Assembly (NCBI RefSeq): GCF_009914755.1
Contig: NC_060934.1
Direction: 5' to 3' (one strand)
DNA: 64,000 bases
Source of the DNA: the human T2T-CHM13v2.0 reference genome, Homo sapiens
Below are positions 46,098-63,691 of this stretch, piece after piece. The notes below the pieces were generated by a model that was given only the letters and a program-made list of their open reading frames with translations, did not search any database and had not been told where the DNA came from. Numbering within the stretch: position 1 is the stretch's first letter; every line of letters starts with the position of its first letter. Position numbers and translations under genes: made by a program.

Positions 46098-47750
46098 CAC
46101 CCTGCAGGTTTTAAAACATGTAAATCCAGGAAGCTCACTTCCCTCATCCTCTTCTCCCCAGACTCTACTATTGTTCTCTACATTTCATTTATCAAGAACA
46201 TATCATGAAAAATGTGATCCGATAAAGGGAAGCACACAGCACCTAAGTTTAGTGGACACCATGTTGCAAAGTTGGGTAGAGAATACATTGTCATTGTTGT
46301 ACAGGCTGCCACTGTAAACTGTTACTCCCTGGCACCTCCACACTAGGGCGGGAGTCCAAACTTGTGAGTGGGCAGCTAGCCATGCCAACAGATGGGGACA
46401 GGGATGATAGCCAAGGGACGATGTATGTGCATCAAGTATAGGTGTTCAGAACAGGAATTCCAACTGAGAAGATCAAAATGACTGTCTCAAACTTATGGTT
46501 AAGAGCTTGTCAATTCATGCCTGGTTTAATATAAATGAATTGGAATTGAAGAGAATTGACATATTTTGACAGAACCTCAAATTTATTTTTCGTAAAAATA
46601 TAAATTCAACTTAGACATTTGCAGTAAATGGCTTAGTGGCATTTTCTGAGAAGAAAATGTTTCCACTTTTCCATTTTTCATGATTGTTAACCTTCCCTGA
46701 AAGATATATAGCACTGGACTCTTTTATAAAATTAGCTCATTACTTTCTCATTTGTTATTAACTCCTGAAATGCATTCAACTCTAGTGCTTCAATGTCACC
46801 TGTAATTCTTAAGGAAATTTGTCCTAGCAGATCAATTAAATTCAATTTCCTAACTTGATCTGTTAAATCTCAAAAAATGCCTGAGATCTACTTTACATTC
46901 TTCTTAATGTAAGAAAGATAATCCTAAAGGGATGCTTTATCAGTTTTAAATTTTTATTTCTAATAATAATTTCAATATCTCAAATCCTAAAATTACATAG
47001 TTTGAATTACAAATGGGAGGAGGGACATGAAGGATTGAGATTTAGAATCCTTTAAGATCATTAATATGAACAGAGAAGAGAATATATGGCTTATTTTACT
47101 TAAACTTATATTACTTAATGTCTTGTATTAATTATATTGCTTATATTACTTACATGATATCATGTTATACTTGCTTGGATTACTTCTCTGTACTTTTTTC
47201 CTAATTAGTAGAATTAAGGAATTGGACTAGGCTACCTCTGAGGTCCTCTCCAGCTACAAATTCTCTATTTCTCATGCAAACAAATGAAATGATGCTCTCC
47301 TTTCAAGCTAGGAATGGAAATTCTGAGTGGAAGTCTCTCCATGGCTTATTGTAACCCCAAAAGAAGACAGAGCATGATGATGACTGCTATACAATCCAAA
47401 CTGCTCTGCGTGGCTAAGCTTTTTAGAAGTAGGGAAGTCAGGATTTATCCTGAGACTCTCGAAGATCTTCCAGAAACAGGTTTCCCCATCACCCAAAACT
47501 TCTCCATAATAATATTTTAAATTTTTTATTGAAGAATAATATAAGCAGAAAAGTGTATAGCTATGAACTTTCATAAATTGAATACATGCATGAAAACAGC
47601 AACAAATCAGAAAACAGGCCAGGTGCTGTGGCTCACACCTGTAATCCCAGCACTTTGGGAGGCTGAGGCAGGAAGATCACTTGAGGCCAGGAATCTGAGG
47701 CCAGCCTGGGCAACATAGCGAGACCTTGTCTCTACTAAAAATTTTATAAA

Positions 47751-48802
<1,052 letters not shown>

Positions 48803-50168
48803 CTTAGCCAGGCATGGTGATGCGTGCCTGTGGTCCCAGCTACTTGGAAGGCTGAAGGCAGAAGGATCACTTGGGCCTGGAAGATGGAGGCTGCAGTGAG
48901 CTATGATTGTGCCACTACACTTCAGCCTGGGCAACAGAGGGAGACCCTGTCTCAAAAAAAAAAAGAAAAAAAGAAACAAAAACTAGCATATTATCTGCAC
49001 CCCAGAAGGCACTGTTTTCTTCCAGTGCCTCCTCAAAAACACCCATTATCCTAACTTCCAACAACATAGATTCATCATATAACATGTACTCTTTTGTATC
49101 TGGTTTCTTTCTTTCACTCAACATTATGTTCATGAGGTAGACCCATATTGTTGCATGTAGTTTTAGAATGTTCATTTTCATTACTGTACAGTATTCCATT
49201 TGTTTATCTATTCTACTGTAGATGGGCATTTGGTTAATTTCCAGCTGTGGGCTATTACAAGTAGTATTCCTATAAACTATGAACATGTTTTTGATGAACA
49301 TATTTATGCACTTATTTGTGTATACACTGAAGAGTAGATTTGCTGGGTCATAGGTTATGCATATGGTTTAGCTCTAGTAGATATTGCCAATTTCCCCAAG
49401 TAATTGTAACCAATTTACACCTCCATCACCAGTTTTTGAAAGTTCCTCTTGCTCCACATCCCTGTCAAAACTTGGTATTGTATGTCTTTTTTCATTTTAA
49501 GTCTTCTGGTGGATATTCCAATGTGTTTTTTATAATTTCTTTTTATTTTGATTATTGAGGTGAAAGTCACATAACAAAATTAACCTTTTTAAAGTGAACA
49601 ATTTAGTAGCAGTTAGGACGTTCACCATGTAGTACAACCTCCACCTCTATATAGCTCCAGAACATTTCATTACTCCAAAAGGAAACTCCGTATCCATTAA
49701 GCAATGGCTCCACATTTCCTGCCTTTTGACCTATCCCTTGCCACCCATGGATCTGCATTCATCTCTATAGATTTACCTATTCTGGATATTTCATATAAAT
49801 GGAATCACACAATATGTGGCCTTTTGTGTTTAATATCTTTCTCTTTGCATAGTGTTTTCAAGGTTCATTCATATTGTATCATGTATGAGTATTTCATTCC
49901 TTTTATAGCTGGTTAATATTTCCTGGTGTGTATGTACTACAGTTTGTTTATCTATGCATCCATTGATGAATATCTAAGCCATTTCCACCTTTTGGCTATT
50001 GTGAATAGTGCTGCTAGGAATCTGTGTGTGCATGTATTTGGTTGAGTACCTCTTTTCCATTCTTTTGGGTATATACCTAGGAGTGGAATTCCTGGGTCAT
50101 ATCGTAATTCTATGTTTAACTTATTGAGGAACTGCCAAGCTTTCTTCCACAGTGGCTGAACAATTTTA

Positions 50169-50473
<305 letters not shown>

Positions 50474-51732
50474 ATGCATTCTCACCATCACTGTACTAGG
50501 GTTCCGATTTCTCCACATCCTTGGCAGGAAATATACTTATTAGTTTCAGATTGTATTTTGTCTGCTTTTAAAATTATAGCCATAGCCATCCTAGCAGGTA
50601 TGAACCTCACTGTGGTTTTGATTTGCATTTCTCTAATAACTAATGAAGTTGAGCATATTTTCTTGTTTCCATTGCCCATTTGCCCATCTTCTTTGGAGAA
50701 ATGTCTGTTCAAGTCCTTTGCCTATATTTTAATTGGAGTGTCTTTTTGTCATTGAGTTTTAAGAATTCTTTCTATGTTCTAGATACCAGACACTTATTTG
50801 TGAATATTTTCCCCTATTCTGTACACAGTCTTTTCACTTTCTTGACAATGTCCTTTGACATTAACACAAAAGCTTGTAATTTTCATAAGTCATCCAATTT
50901 ATTTTCTTCTTTTGTTGCTTTTGCTTTGGGTTTCATATCTAAGAATCATTGTCAAATTCAAGGTCATGAAGATTTACACCTATGTTTTCTTCTAAGAATT
51001 TTATGCTCTTATCTTTAGATTATTGATCCATTTTGAATTGATTTTTATATATGGTAGGGGATAGCCTAACTGCTCTGGCTAGAACTTAAGGTGCACTGTT
51101 GAACAGGTATCCAACTTTATTATTTTGCACATGTATATCAAGTTGTCCCAGCAACATTTATTAAAGAGAGTGTCTTTTTCCCATTGAATGGTCTTGTTGA
51201 AAATCAAATGTTCATAGATTTATACGTTTATTTCCATACTCTCAATTCTATTACAGTGGTCTACATGTCTATCTTATGTCAGTACCATATAGTTTTGATT
51301 ACTGCAGCTTTGAAGTAAGTTTTGAAATTAGGAAGTGTGAGTTCTCCAATTTTGTTGTTTTTTAGTAGTTTTTCACTCTTCAGCGTCCTTTATAATCCAT
51401 TTGAATTTGAGAATAGGCTTTTCCATTTCTACAGTAATTATCATTGGAACGTTGATAGAGATCACATTGAATCTATAGACCACTCTGTGTAGTATTGTCA
51501 TCTTAGCAGTATGAAGTTTTCTCTTCCATGAACACAGCATGTCTTGCCACTTATTTAAATCTTCTTTAATTTCTTTCAGTAACGTTTTGTAGTTTCTAGT
51601 GTAATAATTTTTCATCGCCTTGGTTACATTTATTCCTAGGTATTTTATTCCTTTGGGTGCTATGGAAAATGAAACTGTTTTCTTAATTTCCTTATTGGTT
51701 GTTTGTTGTTGGTATATGGAAAAACCACTGTT

Positions 51733-52040
51733 GACCAGGCACGGTGGCTCACGCCTGTAATCCCAGCACTTTGGGAGGCTGAGGCAGGTAGATCACCTGA
51801 GGTCAGGAGTTGGAGACCAGCCTGGCCAACATGGCAAAGCCCTGTCTCTACTAAAAATACAAAAATTAGCCAGGTGTGGTGGCACGCACCTGTAGTCCCA
51901 GCTACTCGGGAGGCTGAGGCAGAAGAATCACTTGAACCCAAAGGGCGGAGGTTGCATTGAGCCAAGATCACGCCACTGCACTCTAGCCTGAGCGACAAAG
52001 CAAGACTCCGTCTCAAAAAACAAAACAAAACAAAACAAAA
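51733..52040 (+). mobile_element. Alu (S-like)
   Basis: Dimer with (CAAAA)n tail. Confidence 0.94.
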
Positions 52041-52968
52041 CTGTTTTTTCTGTGTGTTGATCTTGTACTTTGCAACTTTGCTAAATTTGTTTTTACCTCT
52101 ACTAAAATCTAATACTAAGAGCAGATTTTAGTAGAGCTAAAAACAAATATTCTTGTTTGTTCTTGTAGAGTCTTTGAGAGTTTCTATATATAGGATCATG
52201 TCCTCTGTGAAAATAGTTAAGTTTTGCTTCTTCCTTTCCAATTTGTATGTCCTTTATCTGTTTTTCTTGCCTAACTGCTCTGGCTAGAACTTAAGGTGCA
52301 CTGTTGAACAGTAGTTAATAAAGCAGACATCTTTGCCTTGTTGCTGATCTTAGGGGAAAAGTTTTTAGTCTTTCATCCCATTGAGCATAATGTTAATTAT
52401 GAGTTTTTTACAAATGCCTTTTATCACATTGAAGAAAGTTCCTTCTATTTCTAGTTTTCTGAGTGTTTTCATCATGAAAAGGTGTTGGATTCTATCAGAT
52501 GCCCTTTCTACATCAATTGAGATAATCATATGGGTTCTCCCCCTCATCCTATTAATGTTATGTATTACATTGATTAATTTTCTTATATTAACCACACTAG
52601 TATTCCTGATTTTTAAATTCCACTTAGTCATAGTTTTTTGAATCCTTTTAATATGCCATTTCATTTGATTTAATAGTGTTTTTTGAGGTTTCTTGCTTCT
52701 ATATTCATAAGAAATATTGGTCTGTAGTTTTCTTGTGATGTCTTTGGCTTTAGAATCAGAGTAACACTGGCCTCATAAAATGAATTAGTAAGTGTTTCCT
52801 CCTCTTCTCTTTTTTGGAAGAGTTTGAAACGAATTGCTGTTAATTCTTCTTTAGATGTTTGGTAGAGCCAATGTGGTTTTAATTTGCATGTCCCTATTGT
52901 CTAATGATGTTATCTTTTCATAGGTTTATTGGCCATTTTTACATAATGTTTTGTTAAAGTCTGTTCAA

Positions 52969-53258
52969 GGGTCAGTCATGGTGGCTCATACCTGTAATCC
53001 CAGTACTTGGGAGGCTGAGGTGGGTGGATCACTTGAGGTTAGGAGTTCGAGACCAGCCTGGCCAACATGGCGAAACCCTGTGTCTACAAAAATACAAACA
53101 TTAGCTGGGTGCAGTGGCATGTGCCTGTATTCCCAGCTACTTGGGAGGCTGAGGCAGAGAATTGCTTGAACCCAGGAGGCAGAGGTTGCAGTGAGCTGAG
53201 CTTGCATCATTGCACTCCAGCCTGGACAACAGAGCAAGACTCTATTTCAAGAACAAAA
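52969..53258 (+). mobile_element. Alu (S-like)
   Basis: TSD aaagtctgttcaag. Confidence 0.94.
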
Positions 53259-53295
53259 AGTCTGTTCAAGTCTTTTTTCCATTTCCTATTGGTAG

Positions 53296-53680
<385 letters not shown>

Positions 53681-53932
53681 ATATTGTCACACTTTACAGT
53701 TTCTCCTTTTATTCTCTTACGGGTGTCTTTCAATGAACAGAGTTCTTAATTTTAATATATGTTGTTATATCATTTAAAAATTTTTTTTGGTTAGCCCTCT
53801 GTGTTGCAGGCAGGCCATCTTTGCCTATTCCAATATCATAAAGATCTCTCCCATGTTTTTGTCTAAAAAGCACTATTCGCATGTACCATTTACATGTACT
53901 CTACATGGAACTTATTTTTGTATAAGGGGTGA

Positions 53933-54394
<462 letters not shown>

Positions 54395-54443
54395 GCAAGT
54401 TTTCTATCTATGCTTGAATACCATGTTTTCCTAATGACTGTAG

Positions 54444-54742
54444 TTTTTTTTGTTGTTGTTGTTGTTGTTTTTTTTTTTTTTTTTTTGAGACGGAGTCTTG
54501 CTCTGTTGCCCAGGCTGGAGTGCAATGGCGCTATCTTGGCTCACTGCAACCTCCACCTCCTGGGTTCAAGCAATTCTCCATCTCAGCCTCATGAGTAGCT
54601 AGGATTACAGGCACCTGCCACCACGCCCAGCTAATTTTTTTTTTTAATTTTTTTATTTTTAACAGAGATGGGGTTTCACCATCTTGGCCAGGCTGGTCTT
54701 GAACTCCTAACCTTGTGATCCATGCCCCTCGGCCTCCCAAAG
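54444..54742 (-). mobile_element. Alu (S-like), 5'-truncated
   Basis: TSD atgactgtagtttt. Confidence 0.92.
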
Positions 54743-54953
54743 TGATGACTGTAGTTTTAAGTCCTAGCATCTGAAAGTAAAAGTCCTCCAATTTTGTTCT
54801 TCAAGATTGTGTTGGGTATTCTTCAGCCTTTGCATTTCCACATTAAATTTAGAATCAGCTTCTCAATTGCTGATTCTTTAGTAAAAGAAAAACAACCCTG
54901 CTGGAATTTTGATTGGAAGTTTGTTGTAGCATAAGGCTTTGGAAGCTGCAAAA

Positions 54954-54988
<35 letters not shown>

Positions 54989-55374
54989 AGGATACCTCTA
55001 GCGTTTGGAAGCACGATTTTAAAAAAATGTATTCAATAAATATCTTTTCAGTGCTGGATTTTTGTCATGTTCTCTATGAGGTGTGGCAGTGAGTAGGGAC
55101 ACAGTGGGAACAAGACTCAGTACCCGCACTTGAGGGCTCAGGGAGCAGCCTTGCTATTTTCTAAATTTGTCACTGAGACTTTCCATAGAATTGATGCAGT
55201 CTGTATGTTGCTTTTTAATCATGACAGTTTTATAGTGGGTGAGATTAGACACCTACTGAGGCATTTTATGATCATTTATATGTGTCTTCCTGACAAGACT
55301 GAGTGCTTTACAAATCCTCATGAGGTTTCACTTAGGAAATAGAAGTTCAGAGGTTATTAAGTTCTTAATATCTA

Positions 55375-55585
55375 CCCCTGAGCACTTTACAGATTATTTT
55401 ATTTAATTCTCAATAACAACCTCATTGAACAATGAAATAAATATTATTGTCCCCATTTTTACAGTTGAGGAAACTGAGGCTTAGAGAGGTCGAGTCATTT
55501 GCCTAGGATCATACACATAGGTTATGGATCTAGAATTTAAACCCAAGTCTTCCAAATTTCAAAGCCAATGCTCTTAGCCACTACA
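55375..55585 (-). mobile_element. MIR
   Basis: ccccatttttacagttgaggaaactgaggcttagagaggt core. Confidence 0.85.
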
Positions 55586-55596
55586 AATCAAAGACA

Positions 55597-55690
55597 GAAA
55601 TAATGTAACATTCTCGTCCCTGTGACTTAATTACTTGCAATGTGAAATAATGTAACATTCTCATCCCTATAATTGAATTACTTGCAATGT
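55597..55690 (+). repeat. 47-bp tandem duplication
   Basis: gaaataatgtaacattctc...ttacttgcaatgt twice, with a few mismatches. Confidence 0.9.
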
Positions 55691-56269
55691 ATCTGCACAT
55701 CCATTGTTGTAACAAAAGGGCCATATTAATGGAGTCTTAAAAATAGACACAGGTGAGTTTGTTCCTGTTTCTGCTGCACTCCATAGAGGGTGGTGGTGGT
55801 GGTGGCAGTGGTGGTGTTGGTGAGATAAAACAGCCAGAGTCTAGATGGGACTTCGTTATTATATGGTACTTTAACTACATTATCATCTGTGGTCACCAGG
55901 CATGTCAAGTGTAAATTCTCCTCCTGGGCTTTCCCAAAGGTGCCCATGGTCGTTAATCAGGGTAAATATACACTGTAAAGGCAAATACCTTGTTTGGAAG
56001 GATTATTGGAAACTGGCTTAGAGCCAGTTTAAATCTAATTCTTGAGTGCAATGTGTTTTGTAGGAAAGAACAGAATCACTCCATTACTTCCTTTCATCTT
56101 AGCTCAAATGTTACCAGCTCAATAAGGCATTCCCTGACCACCCTTTTTAAAAGTGAAAACACCTCCCCATCTAGAATGCCCTATCCCCTTTTCTAGATTT
56201 TTTGCACTACAGAATGTGTTTCTTTCTTGTGTATCACATTACTTATTTACTTATCTCATTTATTGTCTG

Positions 56270-56583
<314 letters not shown>

Positions 56584-56727
56584 TAAAACAAGCTCCATAA
56601 GGACAGAGATTTTTGTCTGTTTTGTTCCTTGCTGTATCTCAAGCAGCTAGAACAATGCCATGTAAGTGGCTGATACACAGAAGTGTTTATTGAATAAATA
56701 AAAATGTGAAATAAAGTTTGTTTGGCT

Positions 56728-57030
56728 TTTTAATTTTTAGCTTTTTAGAGACCATAAAAAATATTGCTCTGTTGCCCAGGTTGGAGTGCAGATCATAGCT
56801 CACTGCAGCCTCCAGCCCCTAGGCTCAAGTGAGCCTCCCAACTCAGCCTCCTGAGTGGCTAGGACTACAGAAAAGTACTACCATGCCTGGCTAATTTTAT
56901 TTTAATTTTTTTGTAGAGACAGGGTCTCACTATGCTGCTTAGGTGGTCTTGAACTCCTGGCCTCAAGTGATCCTCCCACCTCAGCTTCCCAATGTGCTGG
57001 GATTGCAGGTGTGAACCACCATGCCCACCT
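56728..57030 (-). mobile_element. Alu (J-like)
   Basis: Antisense dimer; tgaaataaagtt on both flanks. Confidence 0.9.
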
Positions 57031-57884
57031 TGAAATAAAGTTCTGATATGAGTTTGTCTCACCTAGACCTGATAGGATTATACTGCATTTAGTTCCTCTG
57101 TGGCTAAGAGCATAATGGAAAAGTAAATTTAGAAATGGAAGAAATCTTCATACTGACTATTGTAGTAAGAGCTATTATGATGGGAAGGGCCACATTCAGA
57201 GTCCTTAGAATGTCCCCTCTTCCCTCCCTCTACACTAACAAGTCACCCAAAAGCAATATCCTATCCCTAAGGGATGCAGGAATGGAGATTCTTTTCACAT
57301 TGCTGTTTAACTCACCAGTATAGTAGGCGAAGCTGACAGACATCTTGAAAAAGATGATATTATCAAAAATTTATTCAAGACAGTGATCCTGCATTTATAA
57401 GATGCACTTATTGTATATACATTACTCAGGGGTAGCTGGCCTTGTAGAATGGTGGAACGATTAACACCTAATCATCAAATTAAACACTTAATGATACATG
57501 GTGCCCTGTCTTCTGGAATGCAGCAAATATTCTTAACTAGCAAACAATTCTCCCACAGCTAGAACAGGTGGATTTGGAACCAAGAGATAGAAGGGAGAGT
57601 GAAACTTTTCACTACCATCCCTAATGACCCACCTGCAAAATGTTTGCTGACTATCCCTGTGACAGTGGGCTCTGGCACAGAGCTTTCAGTACCCAAGGGA
57701 GGAATGCTTTTACTACAGGTAAACCAGATTATAAACTGAAAGTGTCACATGGCCAGTTCAGGTTTCTCATGGCAGCAGGTAACAGTTCAAGAAAGTTATT
57801 ACATTGCTTTCCAGTGAATACTGCTGGCTATTAAGGAAAAGTAAGATTGTCACTAAGTAAAGAGTAAGAAAAGAGTATGCACCA

Positions 57885-58183
57885 ATTTTTTTGTTTTTTT
57901 TGAGACAGAATCCTGCTGTGTCACCCAGGCTGGAGTGCAGTGGTGCAGTCTTAGGTAAGACTGCAATCTCCACCTCCCGGGTTTAAGCAATTCTCCCACC
58001 TCAGCCCCCTGCGTAGCTGAGACTACAAGCATATACCATCACGTCTGGCTAATTTTTGTATTTTTAGTAGAGAAGGGGTTTTGCCGTGTTAGCCAGGCTG
58101 GTCTTGAACTCCTGACCTCAAGTGATCCACCTTCCTGGGCCTCCCAAAGAGCTGGGGTTACAGGCGTGAGCCACTGCATCCAG
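57885..58183 (-). mobile_element. Alu (S-like) within probable ERVL internal relic
   Basis: Antisense dimer; flanks (57100-58850) resemble degraded ERV pol/3' region. Confidence 0.88.
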
Positions 58184-58441
58184 CAGCACAAATTCTTAAA
58201 GATCCATCAGGTCACCTCTTAATACTATTTTGGTAGTGGTGAAATTATAGAAACCCCACATATGCAGGACCATTAAGGGCTCCCATCTTTCAGGAATGAT
58301 GGTATGAGTTATCCCTTTGGGTTCAGAATCCCAACCAGCTGAAGTGCTAAGTGAAGGCAAAGAGAATATGGATTGTGTAGTAGAGGAGGAAATCATAACT
58401 TCTACCCCAGCTGGTGATTCATGATGTAAATGAGAACTACT

Positions 58442-58590
58442 GGCCAGGCGCAGGTGGGTAATCCCAGAACTTTGGAAGGCAAAGGTGGAAGGATAGTCTG
58501 AGGCCAGGAGTTTGAGACTACGCTGGGCAACCTAGCGAGACCACCAAAAAACAAAACAAAACAAAACAAAAAACACACACAAAAAAACTA
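58442..58590 (+). mobile_element. Alu left monomer
   Basis: Degenerate left arm with (CAAAA)n tail. Confidence 0.75.
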
Positions 58591-59464
58591 TTTTCTTTTT
58601 TCTTGAGACAGGTATTAACTATACATTTTAACTAATTTCTCTTTTCTTCCTACTATTTTATATAAGCTCTAAATTAATCTAGTGATTAATTTTATAGCTT
58701 GGTCCATAGATTCCAGATTATTGAGATGGGATGGCAATGACACTAGAAGAGATGTACACAGCATCCTGAGACCCTGACTTGGAGCTGGATGAGTTCATGA
58801 TGACACTGGGCTGACCGTTTCCGGGAAGGAGGGGAGCACATTTTCCATTGGACTGGAGCTCACTCATTTTGTGAGTTAGAATCATTTATTTCCTTCCAAG
58901 ATTATTTTTCTTTCTCTCCCTCCAAACCTCCCTCCTCCCTTTTCTTTCTTTCTTATTTTTCTTCTATCTTCCTTCTAGTTTTAGAAGTTTAGGTGCATGG
59001 AAAGATTGTATACTGATGTAAGGTGATCACCGGGAGGAAATACAGAACTGGGCAGACACTTGTTCTTATATCTCAATTCTTTTTCTATATTTGGAGAATC
59101 CCTCTCATTATGAGGCAGAGTCTGCTACCTACTAAGTTGAAAGTGTGAAATACTTGTGTTTTCTTTTGCTTTTGTTTTTTGCAGATTCCGTGTCCTTGAG
59201 TGAGGGCTATCATCAGATGTACCTACCAAATCAAAGTCTTGGGAGCTAGCAACACAAGGACACAGGTTCATGGTGTTGTGGTGACAGATGCCAACTATGG
59301 ATGCCTCCTAAACTAGCAAGAGCATTGGCTGTAGATGTATCCTCCTGTGCCCAAAGCCAATGCTAGTGGCAGGGTCAGTGTCTAGCTATGGTATGACGCT
59401 ATCTTCTCTGAAGCATTGCTGTGGGTGACTTGGGGTGCTGTTTTCTGACTAGGTGGCCCTAAAG

Positions 59465-60235
<771 letters not shown>

Positions 60236-60698
60236 ACACATTTTTCCTGGGGAGTTAGTTTCACTGCCCAAAAGTCTCATTCTCTGATCCAGAGATTCTG
60301 AGGCAACCTATTATCCTTCAAAAATATCTTTTTCTGATTAAGTGTCAGAGTATGTTTCTGAGGACTAAGAAAACCGATGGATGCACTGCTCTATCAGTAA
60401 CAGGACAGGCATCTTTTCAGTAATTTGTGACAAAAATCTCCACAATATGCCTTAGACTAAGGGAGGGCAAGATTTTCTTTCCTTGTAAAGCTTCCCAGCT
60501 TGTAACAAGAACATTCCAGCCCTTTGAACAGTAGTCCAATTCCTATTTAAAATTGTTGGTCTATACATTACAATCGCAACATCTTTTGCACATATTATGA
60601 CATATCCCTTGTGCCCCTAAATTTAAGTTCATATTCTAATGTGGGAGTATTCTGCACATTTTTGAGGAATTGGACTGCTCATATTAAAATTAACGAAC

Positions 60699-60999
<301 letters not shown>

Positions 61000-61279
61000 A
61001 ACAAATATTTATTGAGCACCTATTATTTGCAAAAGACTATGGCAGAAGTCGTTGGAGAACAAATCTCAAAAGTTTTGTTTCATTTTTGAAGAACTTTATT
61101 ATTCAGTATGAGAGATGACATATACACAATGACTGAAGTTCAAAACAGCACATATTGGGAAACATGAAAGAGCTTCAAACTGCTATGAAACCTACCAATT
61201 TCAGCAAGATAACTAAGCAATATACCATTTATAACAATAAGCCAAGCTTGATAATAAATGTTATTCAAATATCACAGTA

Positions 61280-61770
61280 TATTTATATAAATATATTTAT
61301 ATACACACATATAAATATGTACATATTTATATACACACATATAAATATGTACATATTTATATACACACATATAAATATGTACATATTTATATACACACAC
61401 ATATAAATATGTACATATTTATATACACACACATATAAATATGTACATATTTATATACACACACATATAAATATGTACATATTTATATACACACATATAA
61501 ATATGTACATATTTATATACACACACATAAATATGTACATATTTATATACACACACATAAATATGTACATATTTATATACACACACATAAATATGTACAT
61601 ATTTATATACACACACATAAATATGTACATATTTATATACACACACATAAATATGTACATATTTATATACACACATATAAATATGTACATATTTTATACA
61701 CACATATAAATACGTATATATTTATATATGCATATAAATACGTATATATTTATATACGCATATAAATATG

Positions 61771-61815
<45 letters not shown>
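61280..61815. repeat. AT-rich minisatellite (30-32 bp unit, ~13 copies) followed by (TA)n
   Basis: Unit ATATAAATATGTACATATTTATATACACAC(AC); TA run at ~61779-61815. Confidence 0.95.
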
Positions 61816-61819
<4 letters not shown>

Positions 61820-62095
61820 TGAGACATGGTCTCACTCTATCACCCAGGCTGGCTAGAGTACAGTGGCATGCTCACTGCAGTCTCAACCTCCTGGACTCAA
61901 GCCATCCTCCAACCTTAGCCTCCCAAGTACCTGGGACCACAGGCACGTGCCAACACAACCAGTTAACTTTTCATTTTTTGTAGAGACAGGGTCTCCTTGT
62001 GTTGCCCAGTCTTGAACTCCTGGGGTCAAGGGATCCTTTGGCATCAGCCTCTCAAAAGTGCTGGGATTACAGGTGTGAGCCACCTCGCTGGGCCA
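61816..62095 (-). mobile_element. Alu (J-like)
   Basis: Antisense dimer whose tail side abuts the minisatellite. Confidence 0.92.
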
Positions 62096-62204
62096 TAAAA
62101 GCATCAATCTTAATTGTTTTTCTTCAGTATAAGAGGAAGACTGATATAAGCCTCGGAGCCAGACAGACCTGGGCTTGGGAAGCTGCTCAGCAATTTGCTT
62201 GCTC

Positions 62205-62812
62205 TGGTTATCAGTCAATAGTTCAATCCAGGAAGCAGAACTCTTAGGAGTAATATGGAATAAAGGATTCATCATAGGGATTACATTTGTGCAACTGTGG
62301 GAGATAGGATAATAAAGGTCAGCAAAGGAGGGGATAGTTGGAGGAGCAGATAAAGCACTAATCTGGGAGCATGGATTGGAGCCCATATGGGGCTCAATGT
62401 TGCCTCTGCTGGAGGGCCTGAAGCCACTGAAAATGACAAGCAGGATGGGCTGTTGGCAAGGAAAACTGGACACAAAGTGGTGGAAAGCCAGAACATCTGC
62501 TTGCAGTAACACAGGATGGTGGCTTTGTACTGTCTCTCATTGCACCTAACCTGGCCCAGGATTGAGAGCACCTGACGAAGATGGGCGGGAGCGAAGGGAC
62601 CTGTGACTGCAGCCGCTGCCTCATGCCAACAAAGCGAGCCAGGAGACCAGCAACATTGCTCTGCGTGCAATGGCTGCTGCTTCGCTTCTGCATTCCAAAT
62701 CATGCACAGAAAGCTCTTGTGGCCAACTCTAAACAGGAGCCATACAAGTTCAGGGAATTCCAGGAAACATAGTTTCAGCTTAGCTTAGCTGCCACAATAT
62801 GAAGCCACCATA
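62205..62812 (-). mobile_element. Old ERVL-type LTR (MLT2-like)
   Basis: gttcaatccaggaagcagaac...ggattcatcatagggatt...caactgtggga pattern. Confidence 0.45.
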
Positions 62813-63071
62813 TTCTGTTACTTGAAGTAAGAAAACAAAATCCTCTTAGCCTCAGTTTTCTCATTTGTGAAAAAGGCATATTAGTACTTATTCTCAGAGT
62901 TGCTGAGAGGATGCATATCTTAAGGCATAGCTCCCTAGTATGTAGTGTATTATTTATCTCAATTTATTTATCTCAAATTAATTCAAAGCCTTTAATGCCA
63001 GTTTTATAATTTTTCTAATTACCCTCTTGATAAGATTATCATTAATAATTTGCTATTTTTAAAATAAATTA

Positions 63072-63361
63072 GGCCAGGTGTAGTGGCTTACATCTGTAAT
63101 CCTAGTATTCTGGGAGGCCAAGACAGGAGGCTCACTTGAGGCCAGGAGTTTGAGATCAGCCCGGCCAATATAGCATGACCCCATCTCTATAAAAAATTTT
63201 GAAAAGGAGCCATATATAGTGGCATGTGCCTGTAGTCCCAGCTATTTGGAAGGATGAGGTGGGAGGATCACCTGAGCCCAGGAGTTTGAAGCTGCAGTGA
63301 GCCATGATGGTGCCACTGCGCTCCAGTCTGGGTGACAGAGCTAGACCCTGTCTCTAAAAAA
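63072..63361 (+). mobile_element. Alu (J-like)
   Basis: Dimer. Confidence 0.92.
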
Positions 63362-63691
63362 CTGAACTAAAATAATAGTATCTAATTTTCTTGAAATATG
63401 TTTTAATAATAAGTTTAGTCTGTCAGTTCCTTGGGTCATAAGTGATTCTTAATATTATTCAGAGAGAAACTCAAATGCGGCTAACATTTGTATTTATGGA
63501 CCCAAACTTGAAAATAGGCCTATGATTTATATAGTATTAGTGCTCTTCTGTCATCAACAGCCTGGTCCTCAACCTACGCTGATTGGTATTTTTAAATTCC
63601 TCTGCAACTTTTGTGATCTCTTCTTATGATGTTTTCTCTTTCTTTGTGGTTCTTGAGATCAATTCACAAGGAAATCACAGTTCTCAGATCC

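Noticed and set aside
61155-61709. Repetitive ORFs (YIFIYTHINM)n and a CRISPR-like periodic appearance
   Set aside because: This is a tandem minisatellite with no unique spacers, in a eukaryotic context.
61883-62788. 209-aa and 140-aa minus-strand ORFs
   Set aside because: They span Alu and probable LTR sequence; no splice or domain support.
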